The position numbers were made by a program, and so were the translations under genes. A DNA stretch of 26,465 nt, taken from the NCBI GenBank assembly GCA_964368925.1, contig CAYJDN010000003.1:1-26465 (forward strand), written 5' to 3'. The notes under the pieces were generated by a model. It worked only from the letters and a program-made list of their open reading frames with translations, did not search any database and was not told where the DNA came from. The stretch comes from an uncultured Desulfovibrionaceae bacterium (lineage in GTDB: Bacteria > Desulfobacterota > Desulfovibrionia > Desulfovibrionales > Desulfovibrionaceae). Of the stretch, positions 19,401 to 26,465 are shown in pieces (the stretch's first letter is position 1; each line of letters begins with the position of its first letter).

Positions 19401-20560
19401 TCAATATCTAAACGGCTTGCCTTTTCAGCCAAGGTAAATAAGTTAGACGAACCATTGAGAAATTGCACTTGGCTATTTTTCGTTCCAATTTCGCCAAGCA
19501 GGAATGCACCACAAATATTAGTGTTTTTAAATGCGCTCAATTCCCATCTTGTAGCGCTTGAAAATGCTTTTCTAAAGAGGCAAGAATAACAAAAAATAGT
19601 TTCCGCAGAAATCATTTGTAAATTTTGACAAGTTTCTTGTATTTCTTCAGCACTTTTTAATGGACTTAAATAGCCCATGCGAAATTTCTGTCCAGCATCA
19701 AGTTTATCGCCATATAAGCGGATTTGATTCGTTGCTTTATCAAATTGAACAAAGCGAGTAGAAGAAGTATAACCCTCTAGAACCAAAGGAAAACGCACTA
19801 AAATATCGGTAAGTGCGCTTGTGTTCCAATTAGAATAACCCTCAAACTCTTCTAAACCTAATTTTTTACTAAACCATTCAACTGCAGGAACATTATCAAT
19901 TTCATCAATATAATCAGCATGTTCCTTCGTTATAGTGAAAACATCGCTTATCGCTGGGTGGCCAGTAGTAATATCAATATAGGCAAGCACATGCTCGCCG
20001 CTGATAAAATTGACTAAATATGAATTGTGGTAACTTCCATTTTCATCAAAGAGATAGCTCACAACTTCGTCATTAAGCGACATGTGACCAGCTTTACCAC
20101 CTACAAAATGCGTTTCAGGCAAAAGAGTGTTTAGATGTTGTGTGACATTAAAAAGATTAATTTGATTATATTCAAAATCAAAATCAAAAAGCAAAATCCC
20201 AAAGCTTGAAGAAAAGATTTTGGATTGCTCTGCTATTGATTCAGCAATTTCATAGGAGTTAAGCTCTTTTATTGATTGAATTTTTGAATAAATTTTTCCA
20301 TATTCAAATTCTTTAATAGAAATTAATATTTTATCTTCGTATATTTCGCCATTATAGATAATACCAGAAGTATTACAACCATTTACAGTTGCAAAAGGCA
20401 TGAGCTTTTTTATATGTTTTGCTAATTCAACTGACTTTTCTTCATCAAGCTCGCAAGTATGAATAGACACCAAACAGTGAAGCTGCGGGTCGAAGTTTTT
20501 TCTTTCAATCCAAAAATCCAAATTCTCATAACTTTCAAATAAAGTGTTATATACTCTCAT
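16454..20560 (-). CDS. c-di-GMP enzyme: FIST, FIST_C, degenerate GGDEF, EAL, TM, Cache-like, TM, GGDEF
   Basis: N-terminal FIST-like VNGCNTSGIIYNG...FVGGKAG...EIDNVPA...FCYSCLFR...GAFLLGEIG; YEALMR...ELLETE...DDFGAGYSN...QGYFFS; two TM helices around a periplasmic domain ending IPNTDWCVVSIV; C-terminal DSLTG...RLGGDEF. Confidence 0.88.
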   Translation of the reverse strand: MRVYNTLFESYENLDFWIERKNFDPQLHCLVSIHTCELDEEKSVELAKHIKKLMPFATVNGCNTSGIIYNGEIYEDKILISIKEFEYGKIYSKIQSIKELNSYEIAESIAEQSKIFSSSFGILLFDFDFEYNQINLFNVTQHLNTLLPETHFVGGKAGHMSLNDEVVSYLFDENGSYHNSYLVNFISGEHVLAYIDITTGHPAISDVFTITKEHADYIDEIDNVPAVEWFSKKLGLEEFEGYSNWNTSALTDILVRFPLVLEGYTSSTRFVQFDKATNQIRLYGDKLDAGQKFRMGYLSPLKSAEEIQETCQNLQMISAETIFCYSCLFRKAFSSATRWELSAFKNTNICGAFLLGEIGTKNSQVQFLNGSSNLFTLAEKASRLDIDLSAFDHIQPLFEANDDLINSITALGKNVDESIFSAFIKCENQIKNRFINKVDEDFASIPQFLKKQVENSKEQICLISIENFEKHQEELDEETLELAIRANRKNILTYFEKHYSQYHFNFYRYDASNFFFTIEEKISEATFLALLRGLFTYCGKEMLLDGKVVFINDITYTVNGLAIQQLLDASKRKDLSNEQRRFNHCDKINEDAFNLHAEFQMVAALKEIIKTNAIIPYFQGIYDNKKNYFHMYEALMRLQHPDGRTLFPNDFMDIAKKYDLYLPLSLCMVTKVLELFKDRKEIITINISAYDILSDTFREKVFEELSKIPNPQNFVFELLETEAFEDLESLRNFIYQLKQYGCRIAVDDFGAGYSNFIEFGNLEVDFLKINGSLTKLLGTDFNYGHILNSIAFMGEKMSVKLIAEFVETAATQKLLIQSGVHYSQGYFFSKPMPFSELKVVSEENMLKVAKNVEATDEQEKESFSQTNAKKDNFILILGAFCVALFTVISVLFYVDFTQNEFKKINDSFLVEIATGLSDKIALFTEESEISLQIMTVAMSEYAETAGDVSSFSQELFDLNNATKFDATYVSYNGKPAVDSIGNILDIPIDTLYGQVVGKDVLKLPIYTNSEGVKILVFASNLFLKGEKVGEIYGTYKVKDLSTLLALKSFGGEAFYHISQVDGTPIYLSGSASNASTSGDIYAFIGSLDIFNGHTPASIKKDMEDGKTVLLNYYLNGEERSAVMVRIPNTDWCVVSIVLNTVNTQMLKNNGRGTLAFILFITLVYAIYFFFTTRIFSNHRKVILETLEASRALSNSLQLSIEKDSLTGTYSRSTAIEKISNVIAGQKQKGVVHALAILDIDNFKYINDTYGHHTGDIYLQSFVSAVKLSMKPGNILGRLGGDEFLLLLNDIEDMSEVSETFDKIFANIHKIALGGVDLDRVSVSAGIVMITENEKTYEELMIEADNTLYDAKRRGKNKYLFANPEFCQL

Positions 20561-20699
20561 GTAAATCCCAAGCCTTGTTTTCTATATAAGAATGTCACAT
20601 TTTGTAACAAAAATTATTCAATCTAGAATAATATAATACATTCACGCCATTTTTGCAACTATTTTTCCATATTTCATAAAATGTAGGAAATTGAATAAA

Positions 20700-21791
20700 T
20701 TAGCGTTGCCTTATGGAAGATTTTATTTCCTCATCTAAATTAGCCATACTCTCATTATAAAACAAAGCCTTATTCCTTCCACTATATTTTGCTTTATAAA
20801 GAGCAATATCAGCTCTAGTGATAACACTTTCATATCTTAAGATGTCGTCTTCTTTTATCATTTCAGTGCCGATACTTAAAGTAACTTTCTTGAAATTGGA
20901 AGCATCATGCTCGATATGAGCTTTATCAATTTCTTTAGCAAGAACACTTTCCTTTGAATATCCATAATATACAAGCACAAATTCTTCGCCACCATAGCGA
21001 TAAAAATGTATATCAAATCTCTTTTGCAAGTTCAGGAAACATTGGCCGATGAGCCTTAAACATTCGTCTCCCATCTGATGACCATAATTGTCATTATACA
21101 ATTTAAAATAATCTATATCGATCAAAGAAAAAGCAGTTAGCTTCTTCTTTCTTTCAATATTTTCACAAGTTCCAAGCATTTCAAAAAGCATTCTTCTATT
21201 TGAAATACCCGTAAGTTGATCAGTATAGGCCTGATAATGCAGCTTTTTTCTCACTTCAAAGCTTTCAAGTCGAGCTGAGCGAACAATATTACCTATAAGC
21301 AAAGAAAGTATGGCCACAGTAAGAGTGTTTACTACTTCAGCGCTGAAATTATCGTATGGCTTAAAATAAGAAATAGCATAAAGAAAAAGCAATGTTCCGC
21401 ATGCAATAAAGGTGTTAAGCCGCCATGCTTCATCAATATAGATAGTGGCAGCCATAAACAATACGGTTATAAAAGTAACTGTTGTCGAATCAGGTAATGT
21501 AAATGCGCTTACCATAAATCCATACACAAAGGCAACAATATTGATAACATAGAGCATTATCACATCATTGGCATTTTTATAAAATCGCAATATCAAATAC
21601 ACAATTGTAGAAATAATCACTAAAATTGCATAAAAAGAATTGATAAAGCTTATTGTTAAAATAATACTGCAAGCGGACGTAACCGTACGCATTATTTCAA
21701 TATTTTTCTCTCTAATTTCATGCCTGTTTTCACGAATGATTTCACGATCGGTTTTTAAGCCATTTATAATCTTGTCAATAAAAGGTATCAT
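20700..21791 (-). CDS. Membrane-bound diguanylate cyclase
   Basis: Multi-TM N-terminus; TDQLTGISNRR, DIDYFKLYNDNYGHQMGD, RYGGEEF, ADIALYKAKYSGRN. Confidence 0.9.
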   Translation of the reverse strand: MIPFIDKIINGLKTDREIIRENRHEIREKNIEIMRTVTSACSIILTISFINSFYAILVIISTIVYLILRFYKNANDVIMLYVINIVAFVYGFMVSAFTLPDSTTVTFITVLFMAATIYIDEAWRLNTFIACGTLLFLYAISYFKPYDNFSAEVVNTLTVAILSLLIGNIVRSARLESFEVRKKLHYQAYTDQLTGISNRRMLFEMLGTCENIERKKKLTAFSLIDIDYFKLYNDNYGHQMGDECLRLIGQCFLNLQKRFDIHFYRYGGEEFVLVYYGYSKESVLAKEIDKAHIEHDASNFKKVTLSIGTEMIKEDDILRYESVITRADIALYKAKYSGRNKALFYNESMANLDEEIKSSIRQR

Positions 21792-21846
21792 TTAAACTCC
21801 AAAAACCGTAGAAACCAGAAAAACTATATGATAAATTATTGCTACA

Positions 21847-21875
21847 ATCATAACAGTAACAATAATAATTGTCAA
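21847..21875 (-). promoter_or_regulatory. Sigma-70 promoter of the diguanylate cyclase
   Basis: Minus strand TTGACA-N17-TATGAT with an extended -10 TGn. Confidence 0.7.
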
Positions 21876-21876
21876 T

Positions 21877-21925
21877 AAAAAGCATGCTCAATTTGATAAA
21901 GATTATCAAAAAAAGCATGCTTTTT
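21877..21925 (-). terminator. Probable terminator of the cytochrome / MCP operon
   Basis: AAAAAGCATGCT...TTTGATAA...TTATCAAA...AGCATGCTTTTT nested inverted repeat about 35 nt after the MCP stop. Confidence 0.7.
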
Positions 21926-21958
21926 AATTTATAAAATTTATTATTATATGCTATAAAC

Positions 21959-23977
21959 TTACGTCATTTTTGCAATAACATCATTGAGTTTTTGTACTGT
22001 AAGATCAAGATCTTGCACAGCATTATTCGCAATAGTCATAGCGTCTACCGTATTTGTTGTAATAGCATTAATAACGCCAACGCCTTCTGTCATTTTTTCT
22101 ACTGTGTCTATTTGTTCTTTAGCTTCTGTAGCCATAATAGTGATGTTTTCAGAAGTATCACGTATCATAGCATGAATACGATTGAGTGCCTCGCCTGATT
22201 GCTGTGAAAATTCAGTGGCTGTTTGCATAAGTTCAAGGGTTTTATTTGTGCCATCTGTTGTATTTCCAATACCTTGTATAATACTGCTAATGCTCGTATT
22301 TACATGTTTTGTTGCGTCTTGTGTTTTTTCGGCAAGCTTTCTAACTTCGTCAGCAACCACAGCAAAACCACGACCAGCATCTCCCGCCCTAGCGGCCTCA
22401 ATAGCTGCGTTGAGCGCAAGTAAGTTTGTTTGATCTGCAATTTCATCAATAACAGAAATAATATTCATTATTTCAGTTGTTTGATTCTTCAAAGTGAACA
22501 TATTTTGTGCAAGTAAATCAACTTCTTCTCGCACATTTTCAATACATCCCACTGCATTTTCAACAACTTTACGTCCATTATCTGCTTCTAAAGTAGCATC
22601 TTCTGCTAAACTTGAAGCATGAAGAGCCTTTTCGCTGACAGCAACAGAACTTGATTGCATATATTCGCAAGCATTCACCGATTTTTGCGTTTGTGTTAGA
22701 ATCTCTAATGAAGCAGATTGTGCCGTACTAACCTGCTTAGAAAGCAAGCTAGAGTTTTCTGCAACAGCATTAGAAATATCATTAGCTGAGTCAGCGCTTT
22801 CTTTAATGCGCCTATTTTGCTCTTTTGCTTGATTTTCTTGCTCAACAATTGTCGAAACATCAACGCCAATAGCAAATGCTCCAATAAGCTTTTTATCTAA
22901 ATCATATAAAGCACTTGAAGTAATTAAAAAATGCTTATCTAAACCTTTTAAGTTTTTGAAATGTAATGGTCTATCAATAATTTCTTTTTGTGTTTTAAGA
23001 ACGTGTGTGAGGATAGTAAGCCCTATGCCAACGCTCGATGTAAAATCGTCAAGCATGCGCCCAATACATTCATCAGGCCTCAAATTTGAACCCACAGCAT
23101 CTAAAATTGCCTTATTACAAGAAGTAATTCGAGTTTCAGTGTCAATCATAAGATAAGGAACAGACATACCAGAAAGTACACTTCTTGAAAAGCCCATTTC
23201 TTTTTTCAAATTGTTAACCATCTTACCGATATTTTGGCTTAATTCATAAAATTCATCTTCGCCACTTACGCTAAAATCAGCGTTCAAATTCCCATCGGAA
23301 ACTTCTTTACTAATATCACGAATTTTCTTCAAACGTTTCACAATCACATTTTGCACAAAAAGTCGGATTAACAATATCATTAGGAGGATAACAACAAAGC
23401 CAATAAGCACAGTTTCAATAGCAAAATTACGCAATTCAAGCATAAGCGGAGTAACATCGCTCACCATTGTAAATTGCCCAAGAATTTCTTGCGAAGTGCC
23501 GTGACAATGATAACATCTTTCATTATTAGGAATACTGCTAGTTTTGCTAAAATACCATTTGCCTTCATGCTCATTAAGATGTGCAAAACTGCTATTTTCC
23601 TTGCTTGCACGCTTTGCTTCATCTATAACAAGCGCAGGAAGTGAAGTTTGTTCTAAAGTTTTGCCTTGTAATTCTGCGTGGGTAGAATAAGTGATTTTAC
23701 CAAGAAAACTAGACATATAAAGCTCAACGTCTTCGTGATTAAGCCCAAAATAGAGAAATTCTCTACGAGTTTTTTCATCGTCACCCTGCATCATAGGAGG
23801 ATATACAATACTTTGTATAAGCTTTTCGGTTGAAATGGCGGATTCTTCCATTTGCAAAATAGACCTTTCTCTATTCGTAATTGCAATCCAAGCAACTAAG
23901 ATACTGATAATAACAATCATCATAGAGGCGATTAATATTGAAAATCTACGACCTATATATTTAGAAGTATTTAACAT
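21959..23977 (-). CDS. Methyl-accepting chemotaxis protein with periplasmic heme c motif, HAMP and PAS-like domains (DcrA-like)
   Basis: TM, periplasmic CYHCH, TM, HAMP, PAS-like, then signalling domain [38 protein letters not shown]. Start moved to ATG 23977 (GAGGA RBS); the ORF-track TTG start lies in a repeat element. Confidence 0.9.
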   Translation of the reverse strand: MLNTSKYIGRRFSILIASMMIVIISILVAWIAITNRERSILQMEESAISTEKLIQSIVYPPMMQGDDEKTRREFLYFGLNHEDVELYMSSFLGKITYSTHAELQGKTLEQTSLPALVIDEAKRASKENSSFAHLNEHEGKWYFSKTSSIPNNERCYHCHGTSQEILGQFTMVSDVTPLMLELRNFAIETVLIGFVVILLMILLIRLFVQNVIVKRLKKIRDISKEVSDGNLNADFSVSGEDEFYELSQNIGKMVNNLKKEMGFSRSVLSGMSVPYLMIDTETRITSCNKAILDAVGSNLRPDECIGRMLDDFTSSVGIGLTILTHVLKTQKEIIDRPLHFKNLKGLDKHFLITSSALYDLDKKLIGAFAIGVDVSTIVEQENQAKEQNRRIKESADSANDISNAVAENSSLLSKQVSTAQSASLEILTQTQKSVNACEYMQSSSVAVSEKALHASSLAEDATLEADNGRKVVENAVGCIENVREEVDLLAQNMFTLKNQTTEIMNIISVIDEIADQTNLLALNAAIEAARAGDAGRGFAVVADEVRKLAEKTQDATKHVNTSISSIIQGIGNTTDGTNKTLELMQTATEFSQQSGEALNRIHAMIRDTSENITIMATEAKEQIDTVEKMTEGVGVINAITTNTVDAMTIANNAVQDLDLTVQKLNDVIAKMT

Positions 23978-24014
23978 TTTTTTATTCCTCATAAATAAAA
24001 GAATTTTCAAAGAT

Positions 24015-24192
24015 TTGAGCAGTTTTATAAAAAGATGATTTATTGAATCGTTCAAGTTTTACGCTAGAGCAAGGAAGAGAGATTTTTGCATAAGCAGCCT
24101 AGTAAAGCCTAGATGGCTAAGTAAAAATTTTTCTGACAAAACTAAAGCAAAATGGGGCGATTCTACAATTAACATTTTATAAAATCGCTCTA
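24015..24192. mobile_element. MITE/ERIC-like palindromic element, about 178 bp
   Basis: Imperfect terminal inverted repeats of about 50 bp (TTGAGCAGTTTTATAAAAAGATGATTTATTGAATCG... versus reverse complement TAGAGCGATTTTATAAAATGTTAATTGTAGAATCG...); internal stem 24076-24095 / 24116-24134; inner CTAG-N6-CTAG. Confidence 0.6.
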
Positions 24193-24672
24193 ATGAGCAC
24201 CAGCGTGTATTCTTCCATCATAATTAATACGAGTAACTTTTGAATCATCATGGCATGTGATGCAATTTTCTTCTGTAGGAGTACGGATAATCTTTTCAGG
24301 ATCGGCTTCAATTGTGTGCAAATAGCCCATTCCGTGGCAAGCCTCACACCCAACATTAGCAAGATGCGGCGTTGCTTCAAAACTTACGAAACCACCAGGC
24401 TTCCCATAGCCAGTGCTATGACACGAAAGGCAGTTTTGAAATTCTCTTTCTGTGAGTTTTTCACGCATGATCAATATGCTTCTTTCACTCTTTGCTTTAG
24501 GAGATTTTTCTTGAAATATCTCAACTATTTCCGAGTGACAATCAGCACAAGCGGCAGTGCCCACATATTTATTATTTTCTTCTGCACTATAGCCATTATA
24601 GGCTTGAAAAATAAATAAAGATAAGAAAAGAAGAAAATACTTTTTCTTGAGCCATTTTTTTATGATTTCCAT
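24190..24672 (-). CDS. Periplasmic tetraheme cytochrome c (c554/c552-like family)
   Basis: Signal peptide; four CxxCH motifs (CADCH, CLSCH, CEACH, CITCH); YVGTAAC and HSTGYGKPGGF; ATG 24672 after GGAGG. Confidence 0.9.
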   Translation of the reverse strand: MEIIKKWLKKKYFLLFLSLFIFQAYNGYSAEENNKYVGTAACADCHSEIVEIFQEKSPKAKSERSILIMREKLTEREFQNCLSCHSTGYGKPGGFVSFEATPHLANVGCEACHGMGYLHTIEADPEKIIRTPTEENCITCHDDSKVTRINYDGRIHAGAH

Positions 24673-24750
24673 AACATCCTCCATCAGGATAATAAGCAAA
24701 AACCATCTATCCATCACATATCGAGAGGAAAATAATTTTCATACTATCTA

Positions 24751-24777
24751 CTATCGGCTAATCATATTTTAACTTTA
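24751..24777 (-). promoter_or_regulatory. Sigma-28 (FliA) promoter
   Basis: Minus strand TAAA-N15-GCCGATAG (TAAAGTT...), about 80 nt upstream of the cytochrome start. Confidence 0.8.
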
Positions 24778-25031
24778 GAAAAAAATCAAACATTTCAATT
24801 AATTAATTGCCAATTATTTTCCATATAAAAAAATAATATATATGGCTATTTTACACAATATATCATTCTTTTATTTCATTCTCATCACTCCCTAAAAAAA
24901 GTTAGGATTATTTCAAATTATTTCTAATAGATATAAGACAAAATTCTTCATACAAGAATGGATATTCAGTTCAATACAAATTTTAGTATAAAATACTTGA
25001 AAAATAGAGCAAGCATATGTGTCCAATATCC

Positions 25032-25060
25032 TTGACGCAAAAGTAAAAAAATTGTATATT
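25032..25060 (+). promoter_or_regulatory. Sigma-70 promoter of the ankyrin gene
   Basis: TTGACG-N17-TATATT about 43 nt upstream of the ATG. Confidence 0.55.
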
Positions 25061-25103
25061 CAAGACAAAGCCTTGTTTTTATTATTTTTATTTTGGAGGT
25101 TTT

Positions 25104-26216
25104 ATGAATAAATATATTATTTCTTTTTTCGTGTTTTTTTCTCTATTTTTAGCTTCAAATATTTCTCATGCTACTTCCGATCTTGCTACTTCATTATCGA
25201 ACGACCCACTTTGGCGTGGAGTATATAACGATGAAATGAATTTTGGTCGAGTCACTCCTAGTGAAGCAGAAGCCATACTTGATTCCTATCTTGAAAAAGG
25301 CGCTGACATCAATGCCGCAAATGATGATGGATATACGGCTCTCATCATGCTTGTAGGCACTCGACAAGATGAATTGGCACAATTGTTTTTGAAAAAGGGC
25401 GCTGACCCTAACAAAGCTGACGCAAATGGGGTTAGTCCGCTTATGTATGCCGCCTTACACGGCAGAAAAGATATGGCAGCGAGCTTGCTTGAGTATGGCG
25501 CTGACATCAATGCCGCAAATGAACAAAGACGCACTGCTTTGATGCATGCTGTCATGGGCAGGGCTATCGACACACTTATTTTCTTGCTTGAAAGCGGAGC
25601 AAACATAGATAAGCGTGATATGTATGGAGAAACTGCTCTTTTTAAGGCTGCTGACAATGGTGATGGTGAAATTTGCCGTATTTTACTTGAGCGTGGCGCT
25701 AATCCTGACATTTCTGCTGGTAACACCTACACTCCGCTGATGGTGGCTGCATATAATAGTCCTGCATATGTAGTAAAAATCTTGCTTGATGGCGGTTCAG
25801 ATCCAACAATTCTCCCTAAAGGGCAAGATTTACAATATGTGACAGTAAAAAACCCTGAAAAAAAGCAAATATTACAACTTTTAGGCGTGTATGAAATTAT
25901 TGATATGCCTAAACATTATTCAATAAATGAACTTTATATGAAGAATGCTAGAGCAAAAGGCAAAGAATTTAGTGGTGACAAATTTGTAGATATTCTTTTC
26001 TTAGAGCAAAGCCTAAGACCTTTTAAAAGCTCACAATGGCCACATCCTATAACACATCACTCTATGAAAGTGGGCTATATTGTTGAAGAAAATGGAAATA
26101 AACTTATGTCTACTTATGATTTGCAAATTTTTAATGAGGGCACTTCTTTGAATGATTACAGATTTTTAGCACCAATGTCTGGGAGTGACACAGTAATTGT
26201 TAGGTATAAAAAATAG
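25104..26216 (+). CDS. Exported ankyrin-repeat protein with an unrecognised C-terminal domain
   Basis: Sec-type signal peptide (ending SHA); about five GxT(A/P)LMxA...LLxxGADxN repeats; GGAGG RBS. Confidence 0.88.
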   Translation: MNKYIISFFVFFSLFLASNISHATSDLATSLSNDPLWRGVYNDEMNFGRVTPSEAEAILDSYLEKGADINAANDDGYTALIMLVGTRQDELAQLFLKKGADPNKADANGVSPLMYAALHGRKDMAASLLEYGADINAANEQRRTALMHAVMGRAIDTLIFLLESGANIDKRDMYGETALFKAADNGDGEICRILLERGANPDISAGNTYTPLMVAAYNSPAYVVKILLDGGSDPTILPKGQDLQYVTVKNPEKKQILQLLGVYEIIDMPKHYSINELYMKNARAKGKEFSGDKFVDILFLEQSLRPFKSSQWPHPITHHSMKVGYIVEENGNKLMSTYDLQIFNEGTSLNDYRFLAPMSGSDTVIVRYKK

Positions 26217-26240
26217 TGTAGGAAATTTTCAAACAGAATA

Positions 26241-26278
26241 AAAAAAGCAATACCTTTACTATAAGGCATTGCTTTTTT
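26241..26278. terminator. Bidirectional intrinsic terminator; pairing is better on the minus strand
   Basis: AAAAAAGCAATACCTT-tactat-AAGGCATTGCTTTTTT; the A/C mismatch on plus becomes a G-U pair on minus. Confidence 0.8.
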
Positions 26279-26287
26279 ATTATTGTG

Positions 26288-26465
26288 TATACCGACATGC
26301 TTGATTCTGAGTTCTTAGTAGCTTATGTTCATGCTATTCTTTATATGCTGTACAGGCTACCTCTACTCGCATGATTTTATTATATACCGACATGCTTGAT
26401 TCTGCTTACCACAGAAATAAAAAGCTTTTATCTTTACACCTTATATGCTGTACAGGCTACCTCTA
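26288..26465. repeat. Edge of a non-coding repeat-spacer array (CRISPR-like layout, atypical repeat), truncated by the window
   Basis: TATACCGACATGCTTGATTCTG at 26288 and 26383; TTATATGCTGTACAGGCTACCTCTA at 26341 and 26441; unrelated 31-nt and 36-nt inserts between the two blocks. Confidence 0.7.

Noticed and set aside
20593..20609. Pho-box-like TGTCACATTTTGTAACA upstream of the FIST gene
   Set aside because: Half-site spacing is 10 bp rather than 11, and a single weak instance in AT-rich DNA is not enough.
20900..20990. Apparently shortened helix after GGEEF in the diguanylate cyclase, suggesting decay
   Set aside because: The frame is intact and all catalytic motifs are present. A deletion cannot be established without an alignment.
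23978..24055. TTG-initiated extension of the MCP
   Set aside because: It starts inside the palindromic element. ATG 23977 has a GAGGA RBS.
1642..25726. Numerous 60-150 aa ORFs nested in or antisense to long genes
   Set aside because: Shadow ORFs of well-supported coding regions with no independent evidence.
26288..26465. Calling the terminal array a canonical CRISPR
   Set aside because: Only two units are visible, the repeat is unusually long or bipartite with no familiar CRISPR ends, and no cas gene is in the window. Kept as an unclassified repeat.

Overview
AT-rich chromosomal window, probably from a Desulfovibrionaceae-like deltaproteobacterium (inferred from the gene set: YedF, a heme-c MCP with a tetraheme cytochrome, and a CesT-like chaperone behind a sigma-54-like site). 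In order it carries: a partial degenerate-GGDEF gene; a sigma-28-driven SprA-related protein; a divergent type III secretion chaperone with a putative effector; a CyuA/YhaM-like cysteine desulfidase, a C-GCAxxG-C-C protein and YedF; a sodium:solute symporter; three more c-di-GMP enzymes, two with unusual tandem architectures; a PAP2 phosphatase and GT4 glycosyltransferase pair; a sigma-28-driven tetraheme cytochrome c and heme-MCP operon; and an exported ankyrin protein. Three non-coding signals are not in the ORF track. (1) A complete ribosome-mediated attenuator whose leader peptide has four consecutive Tyr codons sits before the symporter. (2) A repeat-spacer array with an atypical bipartite repeat of up to about 64 bp and 31/36-nt variable inserts begins at the right edge and is truncated by the window. 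(3) A family of TAGAGC-ended palindromic MITE-like elements is present, two of which supply gene stop codons. All calls come from reading the sequence by eye; no database searches were run.
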